A stretch of 64,000 nt of DNA from Octopus vulgaris (GCA_951406725.2 OX597836.1:33666001-33730000), one strand, 5' to 3'; shown: positions 24,946 to 38,255, numbered from the stretch's first letter. Translations and numbers: made by a program. Notes: a model not told the origin generated them from the letters alone.

Positions 24946-25405
24946 TAGTTTTATTTTTATAGCGTGCTTTCACTTCACTACCGAGCGCAGCTCTGTGTGC
25001 CTTAGGTATGTGCTGTGATTTGTTGTGATGCTCTGATGGTTATTGTATGGAAAGTGTTCTGCGTAGGATGTGTGCAGTGCCTAGTAGTGCAATTTTCTGT
25101 ATGTTATATGTGTTTGTAAGTCCTGGTGTTTTTGTTATGTATTTGTCTGAATATTTTTTTTTATCATGCCTAATGCACCTACTATGACAGGAATTGTTTC
25201 TGTTTTTAGATTCCACATTCTTCTTCTTCTTATTATTATTATTATTCAGTAGTTTTATTTTTATAGCGTGCTTTCACTTCACTACCGAGCACAGCTCTGT
25301 GTGCCTTGGGTATGTGCTGTGGTTTGTTGTGGTGCTCTGATTGTTACTGTATTGAAAGTGTTTTGCATAGGATATGTGCAGTGCCCAGTAGTGCAATTTT
25401 CTGTA
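24943..25405 (-). mobile_element. Two tandem 3' ends of an R4/Dong-type (RLE) non-LTR element in (TAA)n
   Basis: MWNLKTETIPVIVGALGMIKK...NIQKIALLGTAHILRRTLSIQ*; copies at 24943-25220 and 25247-25405 have near-identical 3' UTRs ending in (AAT)n. Confidence 0.75.
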
Positions 25406-26424
25406 TTTATTATTATTATTATTATTATTATAAACAAAATGGTGGAGAAAATTTAATTCAAAATCTAACTTTAAACAAAACACAATACATAATAATAATA
25501 ATAAAAAACATCAAACAAAATTTTTTTTTTTAAATTAATTAAATAAATACATAAATGAATAAAAAAAGCAAAACAAATACAAACAAGTGAAGAATGTCAT
25601 TTGGGGACTCTAAACGTCTTCTTTTCAGCTATTGGTTCTTGGGTGTTGGGTGTGTGACCAAACAACATAGCTAACATGATGTTCTCATTAGTTAGTTTAG
25701 GGGTGGGAGATCCTTGTTTTCTTTTTTCTACTATTATTATTATTATTATTATTATTTGATTTTTAAAATGGTGAGAAAAATTGGAGCAAGTAGAAAGCAA
25801 GAAAATAATTTCAGTGATGGGAAAATCTCAGAGAAGGGATTTTGCCTGTCAACGCACGCACGCGCGCACACACACACACACACGCGAAAGTCTGGGTGTT
25901 TTGAAACAGGCCAAAATCCACCCCACTCTCCCGTCTCTGTGATTTAGTGAGTGTGGTGGTGCGAAGGAGAGAGACAGAGAGAGAAGGATAGATGAGTGGA
26001 TGAGAGGTGGTGGTGGTGGTGGCGGTGCTGGTTTGTGTGGGTGAGTTATTCCCTCTATTCATGTCTTCTGGGAGCTTGCTTTCAAAGAATTCGCTCTTCG
26101 TATATAATCGCCAAACTAACAAGAATTAAAAAGAAAAAAAAAAACACAGGAAAAAAAAAACCAAAAAACAAAATAGAATTTGAAACGAAATTTTTGAAAA
26201 ATCAAAAATCAAAACTAGGCGTATTGCTTTTGATTTAGCTGTGTGTGTGTGTGTGTGTGGAAGGTGGGAGTCCCTAGTTTGGAAGGGAGAGGTGTGAGGG
26301 GACAGGGAAGTGGGCATAAGCCCTTTATTAGCTGTATTTGCTTATTTGGTGATGGAATAGGCGTAACTGGGCGAGGGATTTTAAGGTGGTTTAAAGTTCC
26401 AATTGTGTGTATACATATATATAT

Positions 26425-26466
<42 letters not shown>

Positions 26467-26949
26467 CAAATAATAAACTATGCGCATGACTTGTAAAAAT
26501 GCACATATATGTACCCACCCTGTATAATATGTATTAGTGTATATCCTCCCTCATATATACATATATATACATACATACACACACACATATATTTATAATT
26601 ATGCAGTAAGGCTTCTTCAACAAATAGAATAGCACTTGATTAGTTAAGAGAGTAAGTATAATAAATATATATATATATATTTGAGTAGTTGAATGAATTA
26701 TCTTGTTATGGATAATTCGGTTAACCAATACCTGGGTAGCAAATTCACATCAGAGAAGACACGTTTGAAGTTACGTGCTTTCGTGTGGAAATTTGTATGT
26801 TTTTTTTAATATAAATATATGAAAGAATGGAGTCGAAAATAAAGGAATTTTGTTAATTCGTCGTTCAACTCCATTCTTTCATATATTTATATATATATAT
26901 ATATATAAATATCTGTAAATGTAATATGTGACAATTATTCAGTAGCCAT

Positions 26950-27010
26950 GATAAAACTCCGAGTTTTGGATGCCGAGGTGGAAATCCATGCCACCATCTC
27001 TTCAGTTATC
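26950..27010 (-). ncRNA. Type-I hammerhead motif (G12 mutated to A)
   Basis: GATAA CTGAAGA GATG...CATC C aAA ACTC-G-GAGT T TTATC; stem I GATAA/TTATC. Confidence 0.6.
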
Positions 27011-27224
27011 CGGCCATCGGAAAAATACTATGAAAAATGACTGATAAATTCCTCTATTTACATAATATTGAGGTCTCTTTCGTTCTTTTGTTGTCTTACC
27101 ATTTTTATCAACACACATATATATATAACAGGAAGCTTTACGAAAATAAACAAAAGACGAAGGCAGGTGGAGTACAAACAAACAATTGTATTGGTATGGC
27201 GCTCAAGAATACAAATAAAACAAG

Positions 27225-27262
27225 TCTTTTACGTTTCAAGCATACGCTCTTTGACAGAAAGA
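27225..27262 (-). ncRNA. Degenerate minimal hammerhead motif
   Basis: TCTTT CTGTCAA A GAGC-GTAT-GCTT GAA AC GT A AAAGA; same layout as 13067 and 42717. Confidence 0.5.
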
Positions 27263-27339
27263 TACACAGAAAAGAAACACGGAGAGAAACAAGGAGAGAA
27301 AAAAAATGTGTGCAGGAGCTAATATATATATATATATAA

Positions 27340-27672
27340 AGGCACATTGCTCAGTAGTTAGGGTGTTGGGCTCACAATCCCAAGGTAGTGAGTTCGATTC
27401 CTAGACCAGGCCGGTGTTGTGTTCTTGAGCGAGATACTTGTTTCATGTTGTTTGAGTTCACTCAGCTGTAGAAATGAGCTGTGACATCACTGGTGCCAAG
27501 CTGTATCAGCCTTTGCCTTTCTCTTGGATAACATTGGTAGCATGGAGAGAGAGGCGAGGCCGGTATGCATGGGCAACTTCTGGTCTTCCATAAACAACTT
27601 TGCCCGGACTGTATGCTTTGAAGGGGAACTTTCTAGGTGCAATCCCATGGTCATTCACGACAGAAGCAGAGG
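27340..27672 (+). mobile_element. SINE family D
   Basis: Homologous to 291-627. Confidence 0.8.
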
Positions 27673-27796
27673 TTTATATGTATATACACACACACATATA
27701 TATATATATACATACATATTTTTACATGCATATATACACAGATATACATATAAACATACATAAGTACATACGTATACATATATACATACAGAAGTC

Positions 27797-27944
27797 TTGA
27801 GTGGTTGTGTGGTAAGTAGCTTGCTAACCAACCACATGGTTCCGGGTTCAGTCCCAAATGTCTTCTGCTATAGCCCTGGGCCGACCAATGCCTTGTGAGT
27901 GGATTTGGTAGACGGAAACTGAAAGAAGCCTGTCGTATATATGC

Positions 27945-27998
<54 letters not shown>

Positions 27999-28180
27999 TT
28001 GTCCCCCTAGCATTGCTTGACAACCGATGCTGGTGTGTTTACGTCCCTGTCACTTAGCGGTTCGGCAAAAGAGACCGATAGAATAAGTACTGTTCTTACA
28101 AAGAATAAGTCCCGTGCTCAACTAAAGGCGGTGCTCCAGCATGGCCGCAGCCAAATGACTGAAACAAGTAAAAGAGTAAA
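27797..28180 (+). mobile_element. SINE family A
   Basis: Homologous to 2359-2780. Confidence 0.85.
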
Positions 28181-28413
28181 TATATATTCTACTTTTCAAC
28201 TTGTTTCCGTCATTTGACTACGGTCATGCTAGAGCATCACCTTGAGGGGATTTTTAGCCAAACAAATGGGCCCCAGGACTTTTGTTTTTAAAGCCTAGTA
28301 TTTATTTTATCGGTCTCTTTTGCCAAACCGCTAAGTTCCAGGGGCGTAAATACACCAACACCAGTTGAAAAGTGGTGATGAAGAGACAAACACAGGCACA
28401 AAAATACACATAC

Positions 28414-28448
<35 letters not shown>

Positions 28449-28450
<2 letters not shown>

Positions 28451-28661
28451 GGAGTAAACACATAAATGTGAAACAAGGTGGAAAAAAGAGTACTCAAATA
28501 CCAGTGGTAGAGTAATATGCTTTATTTTAAGCAGCAGAAAATTCAACAAAATCTGTTACTCTGAGTTTCTCGTTGCCGTTCATCAGACAGTTTGTCTGAT
28601 GAACGGCAACGAGAAACTCAGAGTAACAGATTTTGTTGAATTTTCTGCTGCTTAAAATAAA

Positions 28662-28662
<1 letters not shown>
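28449..28662. mobile_element. Penelope-type terminal cassette with a perfect 70-bp palindrome carrying a hammerhead motif on each strand
   Basis: Arms 28520-28589 and 28593-28662 are exact reverse complements with a GTT spacer; CTGATGA ACG-GCAA-CGA GAA ACTC-A-GAGT A; (TA)n on both flanks. Confidence 0.8.
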
Positions 28663-28709
<47 letters not shown>

Positions 28710-29819
28710 TATTAGGGAAGATTAATCCTGAGTCCACAGGAATGAGACATTCAAATTAAAGGTATTAAAGTGAACTTCTCTCAATATTTTTTTCATATGT
28801 GTGTGTGTGTGTGTTTGTCTCCCCCACCCTATTACTGTTTGACAACTAGTATTGGTGTGCTTACATCCCCATAACTTAGAAGTTCTGCAAAAGTGACTGA
28901 CAGAATAAATATTAGGCTTACGAAGAATAAGCCCTGGGGGTCGATTTGATTGACTAAAATCCTTCAAGGCAGTGCTCCAGCATAGCCGCAGTCAAATGAC
29001 TGTGGCTATGCTGAAACAAGAATAAAACACACACACACACGAACACACATAACAGGCTTCCATACAGTTTCCGTCCACCAAATTCACTCGCAAAAGCTCT
29101 GGCCAGCCTGGGGGCTAAAGTAAAGGACATTTTCCCCAAGGTGCAGTGCAATGAGACTGAACCTGTAACCAAATGGTCACAAAGCCACCTTTTTAATCAC
29201 ATGGGCAATAAAAACAAGCCCCTTATTCACATTAATAGAACCGTTGCAGCTTACAACACTGAAACGTGTGCCACAAAGGAAGAAGTTTACAGCCGAGGAA
29301 ATGAGTTGGAACGTGAGAGGAAACAGGACGATGTCGTCGGTATTTATTTTATGGAGCCCAGGAGAATAAAAAGAAAATTATACCTCAAATATCTGTTTGT
29401 TTTTCTTTATTCTCTTCTGGTTTCATTCGTTAGACAGTGGTCAATGCTGGGCCATGTAATGCACCAGTTTTAGCAAATCAAATTGAAGTCAGAATTTATT
29501 GCAGTTCAGGTAGCTTTATTTTATTGATCTCTGCTGAATCATTTTGGACATAAAGGGATGTAACTCAACACACACACACATGCATGCATACACACACACA
29601 CAGAGTCATTCAATAGGCTTCCGTCCAGATTCCGACGGCTAAACCCCTCTTGGGGCTGCAGTAGAAGACACCGGCCCAGAGTGTGCTTTAGGGCAGAACT
29701 AAATGCAGAACCATGTGTGATTGTGGAGTGAATTCCTTGACAATTAGCAATGTCTGTGCATGCACACACATAGTAAGTATAATTATTAACTTTAAATATT
29801 ATATTCCATTGTTATAATA

Positions 29820-31090
29820 CAGGGTGTCCCTAAAGTCACTGATGGGTTTCAATTCTTAATAATTTCCATAACTTTACAAATAAATGCATGAAACTTTGAT
29901 ACAATATAAAGGACATAATGGAAATTAATATGCAAAAGTCAAATTTTGCAACACCACTACATCACATATGAAAAATGACATTGCTTAAATGGCAGCAATT
30001 TTCAGCTTCTCATGCTCTTTCCAAAACTTGCACCATAACATCCTTGTGAGTTTCAGACCTCACTTCTCTGATTTCTCTACTGATGTTCTCCTTCAGTTGC
30101 ACCAGGGTCTCCGGTTTGTTGACGTAAACCCCCTCTTTCAAGTATCCCCACAAAAAGAAAAAATCTGGGCTAGTCAAGTCTGGTGAATGTGAAGGCCAGT
30201 TGCCATTACTGTAGTAGGAGATTATTCTCTCTCCAAAGCACTGCCGTAGCAACTGCATTGTTTCCCATTTGGTATGAGCAGTTGCCCCATCTTGCTGGAA
30301 CCATGTGTGAGGTCTACTTTGAATGGCCTTCATGTTTCCCAGACCTGAGTAGTCCAGATTTTTTCTTGTGGGGATACCTGAAAGAGAAGGTTTAAGTCAA
30401 CAAACCTGGTGCAACTGAAGGAGAACATCAATAGAGAAATCAGAGAAGAAGGGCTTGAAACTCTTGAGGGTGCTATGATGCAAGTCTTTGAAAGAGCACA
30501 GGCATGCAAAGTCAAAAATGGCTGTCATCTAAGCAATGTCATTTTTCATATGTGATGTAGTGGTGTTGCAAAATTTGACTTGTGCATTTTAATTTCCATT
30601 GTCCTTTATATTGTATCAGGAGGCGCAATGGCCCAGTGGTTAGGGCAGCGGACTCGCGGTCATAGGATCGCGGTTTCGATTCCCAGGCCGGGCGTTGTGA
30701 GTGTTTATTGAGCGAAAACACCTAAATCTCCACGAGGCTCCGGCAGGGGATGGTGGTGATCCCTGCTGTACTCTTTCACCACAACTTTCTCTCGCTCTTA
30801 CTTCCTGTTTCTGTTGTACCTGTATTTCAAAGGGCCGGCCTTGTCACTCTCTGTGTCACGCTGAATATCCCCAAGAACTACGTTAAGGGTACACATGTCT
30901 GTGGAGTGCTCAGCCACATACACGTTAATTTCACGAGCAGGCTGTTCCGTTGATTCGGATCAACCGGAACCCTCGTCGTCGTAACCAACGGAGTGCTTCA
31001 AAATATTGTATCAAAATTTCATGCCTTTATTTGTAAAGTTAAGGAAGTTATTAAGAATTGAAACCCATCAGTGACTTTAGGGACACCCTG
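29820..31090. mobile_element. Tc1/mariner-superfamily foldback element built from two inverted transposase 3' ends
   Basis: TA|CAGGGTGTCCCTAAAGTCACTGATGGG ... CCCATCAGTGACTTTAGGGACACCCTG|TA; WFQQDGATAHT...WPSHSPDLTSPDFFFLWGYLKE on minus, WPSCFPDLSSPDFFLWGYLKEKV on plus. Confidence 0.85.
30619..31002 (+). mobile_element. tRNA-derived SINE (X body + Y tail), full length
   Basis: A box TGGCCCAGTGG, B box GGTTTCGATTCCC; 11-bp TSD ATATTGTATCA (30608-30618, 31003-31013). Confidence 0.9.
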
Positions 31091-31312
31091 TATTAATAAT
31101 ACACATAAGGCAGTGAAATGACGGAATCGTTAGCACATCGGGCAAAATCATTCTATATGCTCTAAGTTCAAATTCTGCTGAGGTCGACTTTTTTTAACTT
31201 TTGGAGCCAATAAATAAAGAAATAGCCGACTGCCATGACTTCAGTGCTCAACTAATCCCCTCCCTTGAAATTACTGGCCTTGTTCCAGAATTTGAAACCA
31301 TTATTGTTATAA

Positions 31313-31722
31313 TGGCGCAGGAGTGGCTGTGTGGTAAGTAGCTTGCTAACCAACCACATGGTTCCAGGTTCAATCCCACTGCGTGGCATCTTGGGCAAGT
31401 GTCTTCTGCTATAGCCCCGGGCCGACCAATGCCTTGTGAGTGGATTTGGTAGACAGAAACTGAAAGAAGCCCGTCGTATATATGTATATATATGTATGTG
31501 TGTGTATATGTTTGTGTGTCTGTGTTTGTCCCCCCTAGCATTGCTCGACAACCGATGCTGGTGTGTTTACGTTCCTGTCACTTAGCGGTTCGGCAAAAGA
31601 GACCGATAGAATAAGTACTGAGCTTACAAAGAATAAGTCCCGGGATCGAATTGCTCGACTAAAGGCGGTGCTCCAGCATGGCCGCAGTCAAATGACTGAA
31701 ACAAGTAAAAGAGTAAAAGAGT
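31313..31722 (+). mobile_element. SINE family A, full length
   Basis: Homologous to 2359-2780. Confidence 0.9.
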
Positions 31723-31792
31723 ATAATCATTGTTATTATTTCTTTGAAATAGGGCAGCTTGACACAATGCTGAGTGGTGTTTCACCCGTCAC

Positions 31793-32395
31793 TGCGAGCT
31801 GGCAGAAACGTTAGCACGCCGGGCGAAATGCTTAGCCGTATTTCGTCTGCCATTACGTTCTGAGTTCAAATTCCGCCGAGGTCGACTTTGCCTTTCATCT
31901 TTTCGGGGTCGATAAATAAAGTACCAGTTACATACAGGGGTCGATGTAATCGACTTAATCCGTTTGTCTGTCCTTGTTTGTCCTCTCTGTGTTTAGCCCC
32001 TTCTGGGTAGTAAAGAAATAGGTATTTCTTCTGCTGTTACGTTCTGAGTTCAAATTCCACCGAGGTCGACTTTGCCTTTCATCCTTTCGGGGTCGATAAA
32101 TTAAGTAACAGTTATGCACTGGTGTCGGTGTAACTGGTTTAATCCGTTTGTCTGTCCTTGTTTGTCCCCTCTGTGTTTAGCCCCTTGTGGGTAGTAAAGA
32201 AATAGGTATTTCGTATGTCACTACCTTCTGAGTTCAAATTCCACTGGGATGAATTTTGCCTTTCATCCTATTGGGGTCAATAAATAAAGTACCAGTTACG
32301 CACTGGGGTCAATGTAATCGATTATCCCCTTCCCCCAAATTTCAGGCCTTGCACCTATAATAGAAAGGATTATTTATTTATTTGATGTGAGGACA
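31793..32395 (+). mobile_element. SINE family B trimer; the last unit is older and has a different tail
   Basis: GTATTTC at 31838, 32022 and 32206 (period 184). Confidence 0.88.
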
Positions 32396-32829
32396 TATGG
32401 CCTTAGGGTGTTGCATGTGAGATCATAGCTTCAATTCCTAGACCAGGTGTTGTGTCATGTTCTTGAGGGAAAAAAACAAACACTTCATCTCATATTGCTC
32501 TGTGACTGCTTCAACACCTGATGCGTGGTACACTGTGCACCTGTTCAGGTAACTTTGATTTGATGGAGGGAGTGAGCTAATGTACAGCACATACATTTAA
32601 TCACTATAAACAAACCATTTGCATGCAGGCTGTCCAGCAAAGACTGGACATTCATCTGCTGGCTTGGACCATAATGTTATAATGATGGGTATTTTCTCTT
32701 TGATGGCATGCACTGCTCTCTCACTCAATAATAATAATAATAATAATAATAATCTTTTCTACAATAGGCACAAGGCATGAAATTTAATAATAATAATAAT
32801 AATAAAAATAATAATAATAATAAAAATAA

Positions 32830-33236
32830 TTTGTCAGTTGTTTGACCTTAACCAGTTGAACATGTCCCTTAGTGGCTGACGATATGTGCATCTCTGATCA
32901 CGAGCAGAAGTAGTGGGGGAGCATCATAGCCATGTGTTGAGAGAGATTCTTTGGGGTTTGAATAATTCACCTCTGGAAACATGGGTGGTTCTTTCAACAT
33001 CCTTAAACAACCCTTATTCAGGGACCGTTTGAGCGGGATCAGCTACTCAACCTGAAGAAAATTCTAACTGGGCCCCACCTGCAAGGTCATGTGCTGTTTA
33101 TCTTGATATGAGATCACCATGTCGCGCACATATGGTTGTGATGCATGTGCCTGGTGTACCTTTATCAGACGGGTAGTCATGATGGGTATATTGGGCTTCG
33201 TATATTTTACCCCAGTGTCACTTTGATGGCATGCAA
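32830..33236 (+). mobile_element. Unclassified (AAT)n-associated repeat
   Basis: Flanked by (AAT)n; related to 24700-24910 and 32680-32728. Confidence 0.55.
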
Positions 33237-33257
33237 AAATAATAATAAAAATGAATA

Positions 33258-33596
33258 TGAGAAGTATAGAAAAAATAGAAAAGTATCAGGACCTAGCCAC
33301 TGAATTACAGCGACTATGGAAAGTGCAGGTAAAATGTACCCCAGTAGTTATAGGTGCATTGAGAACTATCTCTAAAGAACTGAAGAGATGGATAGAGGAA
33401 ATAGGCATAAAACCCAGTTTAGTACAGCTCCAGGAAACAGTGTTATTAGGGACAGCTAGGATACTTAGGAAGGTTTTTGGTATCTAAGGTTACTTGCTGT
33501 AACCCAATAGAAGGGTTCTTGGCTTCTAAGGCTATTTGTTGTAGCCCAATTTTAGGAGTCTTTTCTTTTCCAACAGTCTAATCTGTTGAGTGTATA

Positions 33597-33600
<4 letters not shown>
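33258..33600 (+). mobile_element. R4/Dong-type (RLE) non-LTR 3' end
   Basis: EKIEKYQDLATELQRLWKVQVKCTPVVIGAL...LQETVLLGTARILRKVFGI*; (AAT)n on both sides. Confidence 0.8.
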
Positions 33601-33638
<38 letters not shown>

Positions 33639-34087
33639 GTTTTAAATTTTGGCACAAGGCCAGCAATTTCAGTGTGTTTGTGTGTGTGGGGTGGCGACTA
33701 AGTTGATTCCAGTACTCAACTGGTATAAATAACAATAGCCCTTACTCTACTACTACTACTACTACTACTACTAATAATAATAATAATAATAATAAGGATA
33801 ACACCAACAAAAACAAATACCACTGCAACTACTGCCACCAGTACTACTACTACTATCAATACTACCAAACAGTACTACTACTACCATCAGTCGTAGCAGT
33901 AGGTTACTAAACTTCTAAACATAGTTGCTCCAGTTGGGGGGGTAGACCTTGTGATTATTGCATCTCAAGTACATGACAGCATCACTCAGCGCAACAAACA
34001 TGGCAGTCATAATGTTGTTGTTGTTGCAGAGTTAAGTAGTCAGGCAGCCAGCTTGGGAAAAAATGTGGAATCACACACGCATACACA

Positions 34088-34125
<38 letters not shown>

Positions 34126-34185
34126 TGCGGGTGTTTTTGTATTTAATTATGTGAAAATATGCATGCACACACATTTACACAGACG

Positions 34186-34235
<50 letters not shown>

Positions 34236-35084
34236 AATACATAAATATATGATAGTTATTTAAATATATATAAATATATATTATTATGGTTATATACATA
34301 CATTATATATATATAAAGTTAGATGGATATACATACATACAAATACACAAATATATATTTATGCTAATACATATATACTTGTGTGTATATATATATATAT
34401 ATACACACACACAAACATTTATACACATTCACACATACACACATCAATATACAAATCTAAATACATATATATATATATATTAAATATATATATATGTTAT
34501 AGACGTGTCTACGGACTTATATATATACACACACACAAAAGCTTAAACACACAAGGGGAATATACCACCCTCCCCATATATATGTGTGTGTGTGTGTGCT
34601 TGTGTATGTATACAGGTATGTATGTATGTATGTATGTATGTTTGCATTTATACATAGATACCCAACCGTACCGTTTTGCTAGTCTACATATTATGCCCAG
34701 TTGACAACCTTGTTCCATTATGCAAATCAGCCTTGGCACTCAAAAACTGGTTTTACCATTTCAATAAATACTTTCTACGTTAGTTTCTTCAGGCAGTTTT
34801 CAAGGTAGGATTGAATGCTCTTATGATGAGTCTTTAACGAGGGAAGAAACTTGTAGCCTCAACATTGAAGTTGCTCAAAGACTTTTGGTTTAACCAGGGA
34901 GCTTGGTTTCACAGTGAGGACAGCGTGGCTGTGTGGTTAAAAAGCTTGCTGGCTAAGCATGTGGCTTTGAGTTCAATCCAGCTGTGTTGCTCCTTGGGCA
35001 AGGGCATGTGTCTTCAACTACAGCTCTGGGCCAACCAAAGCTTTGCATGTGGATTTGGAAGACAGAAACTGGTAGAAGCTTGTC

Positions 35085-35114
<30 letters not shown>

Positions 35115-35118
<4 letters not shown>

Positions 35119-35505
35119 GTAGCTTGCTTACGAACTACATGGTTCTGGGTTCAGTCCCACTGCGTGGCACCTTGGGCAAGTGTCTTCTACTATAGCCTTG
35201 GGCCGACCAAAGCCTTGTGAGTGGATGTGGTAGATGGAAACTGAAAGAAGCCCATCGTATATATGTATGTATGTATATATATATATATATGTATGTCTCT
35301 GTGTATACGTTTGTGTGTCTGTGTTTGTCTCCCGACATCGCTTGACAACCAATACTGGTGTGTTTACGTCCCCGTAACTTAGCGGTTCAGCAAAAGAGAC
35401 TGATAGAATAAGTACTAGGCTTACAAAGAATAAGTCCTGGGGTCAATTTGCTCGACTAAAGTTGGTGCTCCAGCATGGCCGCAGTCAAATGACTGAAACA
35501 AGTAA
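35115..35505 (+). mobile_element. SINE family A
   Basis: Homologous to 2359-2780; preceded by an older head fragment at 34920-35090. Confidence 0.85.
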
Positions 35506-35545
35506 ATGAAAAAGTAACAGGAAATTATGAAATCAACTTCCATTA

Positions 35546-35624
35546 ACTTACAGCTGTTTCTGCTATACGATGCAGTGCACACAGAGTCAAGTGCTTGAGC
35601 ATTGCCTCATAGCTTCCTCAGAGC
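35546..35624 (-). ncRNA. Type-I hammerhead motif with intact core and long stem II
   Basis: GCT CTGAGGA A GCTAT...ATAGC A GAA ACAG-CTGT A AGT; stem II extends through GCAATGC/GCACTGC and GCAC/GTGT. Confidence 0.65.
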
Positions 35625-36204
35625 TTCTAAAATGACATTCAAGTTTATTTGGGAAAGCATTTACATAGAGAATAAAATCATTGTAGGAAAATAACAAAAA
35701 CAGTACAGGTGCTCTCTAAGTGGCACCAGTATGGGTACTTGTTTACATGACACTGGCACAGGTGCCCATGCATGTGGTACTGTCATGGGTGGGTGCTATT
35801 TATGTGGTACTGGGCACAGATGGCTTTTACGTGACACTGACATGGATACTTTTTATATGGCATCAACACAGGTACTTTCATATCGCGCTCTCTTACTTAG
35901 CTAACATTTTATTTTAAAGCATATGTAAAGGATAAAGACTTCCTTCGGTCATGAATGGCCATAGGATAGCACTGAGAAAGATCCCCTCTGACGCACAAGC
36001 CTGGGCAAGATTGTTTGTGAAAAATCAACAGTCATCCATGCAAACCAGCCTCCCCTTTTGCATGCCACTGATGTCATCCAAGGGAAAAGCAAAGGGCCGA
36101 TACAGCTTCACAACAGTGATGTCACAACTCAAGGCTCAGTGGTTAGAGTACCAAGCTTATAATATGAGGTAGTGAGTTTGATTCCCAGACCAGGCTGTGT
36201 GTTA

Positions 36205-36249
<45 letters not shown>

Positions 36250-36479
36250 TTGTGTTTTTCCCCCCAACATCACTTGACAACCGATGCTGGTGTGTTTACG
36301 TCCCCTGTAACTTAGCGGTTTGGCAAAGACACTTTATTTCACATAGTTCTCTGCACTTCACAATCCATTGCTGCAGTCACCTTCCACTCCATTGCACCAT
36401 GAAGGTTTCTTTTGCAGAGTCCATCAGATCCAGTTTTTTCACATGCATAGGTAGGCAAGCCCTAATAAGTGCTAATTAA

Positions 36480-36689
36480 CCCTTTCATTACTGTATTTAT
36501 TTTGAGATGCTCTGTGTTTCTTTCAGTTACTTTAAATATAACAAAGAATTTAGTAAAATATCTTAGTTATCATTCAGCTGGTGTTAGGAACGTAAAGGTT
36601 TGGTGGAAGATTTTAATTCAAAACTTATGAAAACAAGATATTTGTACTCAGAGCCAGAGCCGGTTTCAGCCGGGTTGGTAACGAAAGGG
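36480..36689. mobile_element. piggyBac-type MITE
   Basis: TTAA|CCCTTTCATTAC ... GTAACGAAAGGG|TTAA. Confidence 0.85.
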
Positions 36690-37149
36690 TTAAATACTCA
36701 TAGCTGGGAGCCTGACAGCTGCTATTACACATGCTCAGAGTAGACCTGGGAACAACAATGACTCGGAAATGGCCCCAACACTCCTCAAAAAACGAAACTA
36801 CACACACAGACACACACACATTCACAAATACACCCACACAGATAAACCTTCACGTGCATCAATGTGTACACACGCCAAGGCATGGTGGTAGGTTTTTTCC
36901 CGTTGGCAGATATATACACTGGGAGATATGTTATTCTATTTTGTTGCACCAGAAGATAGGATTTTCAAAATTAGCGCAAAATCCCGTATTTTTAGAGTCA
37001 GCCAGTTCCATATTCCACCGTAAGCCGTCCCCGCCCCACCAAACCATCTACAACTACAACTTTCCCTGGCATCAGCACTACAAGACATTGTATCACTGCT
37101 ATAGAGATACTCTACTACAGCTGATGGCTCTAACAGCACTAACTAGTCA

Positions 37150-38255
37150 GAGGGAGGAGGTAAAGAGAGATAAAGAAAGAGAGAGATAAAGAGAGAGAGA
37201 TGAGGATAAGGATGAGGGAGAGAGAGATGAGGATGAAGATGAAAGAGAGAGAGATGAGGATGAAGATGAAAGAGAGAGCGACGAGGATGAAGATGAGAGA
37301 GAGATGAGGATGATGATGAAAGAGAGAGAGATGAGGATGATGATGAAAGAGAGAGAGATGAGGATGATGATGATGATGAAAGAGAGAGAGATGAGGATGA
37401 TGATGAGAGAGATGAGGATGATGATGAAAGAGAGAGAGATGAGGATGAAGATGAAAGAGAGAGAGATGAGGATGATGATGAAAGAGAGAGAGATGAGGAT
37501 GATGATGATGATGAAAGAGAGAGAGATGAGGATGATGATGATGAAAGAGAGAGAGATGAGGATGATGATGATGAAAGAGAGAGAGATGAGGATGATGATG
37601 ATGATGAAAGAGAGAGAGATGAGGATGAGGATGATGATGAAAGAGAGAGAGATGAGGATGATGATGATGAAAGAGAGAGAGATGAGGATGATGATGAGAG
37701 AGATGAGGATGATGATGAAAGAGAGAGAGATGAGGATGAAGATGAAAGAGAGAGAGATGAGGATGAAGATGAGAGAGAGATGAGGATGATGATGAAAGCG
37801 AGAGAGAGAGATAAAGAGAGAGAGGAAGATGATGATGATGAGAGAGAGGGAGAGGATGATAAAGAGAGAGAGGGAGAGGATGATAAAGAGAGAGAGGGAG
37901 AGGATGATGAAGAGAGAGAGGGAGAGAGATGATGAAGAGAGAGAGGGAGATGATGATGAAGAGAGAGAGGGAGATGATGATGAAGAGAGAGAGGGAGATG
38001 ATGGTGAAGAGAGAGAGGGAGGTGATGATGAAGAGAGAGAGAGGGAGATGATGAAGAGAGAGAGAAAAAGAGAAATAAAGAAAGGGAGAGATAAAGAAAG
38101 AGAATGATAAAAAAAGAGAGATAATGAAGAGAGAGAGAGAGATGCTGAGAGATGATGAAAAAGAGAGTGGGATGATGAAAAAGAGAGTGAGATGGAAAGA
38201 GAAAAAGAGAGGAGTAAGAAAAGAGGGAGAGGAAACAAAGAAAGAGATGAGAAGG
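37150..38255. repeat. Purine-rich (GA)n/(GAT)n minisatellite
   Basis: Repeats of GATGAG(GAT)nGAAA(GA)n. Confidence 0.95.

Noticed and set aside
26728-26800. CAGAGAAGACACG / TACCTGGGTA resembling hairpin-ribozyme segments
   Set aside because: Motif order is wrong and the conserved loop B strand is missing; only a generic stem-loop is supported.
36731-37189. 152-aa ORF in unique-looking sequence
   Set aside because: No recognisable domain, includes microsatellite-derived stretches, and has no convincing splice context.
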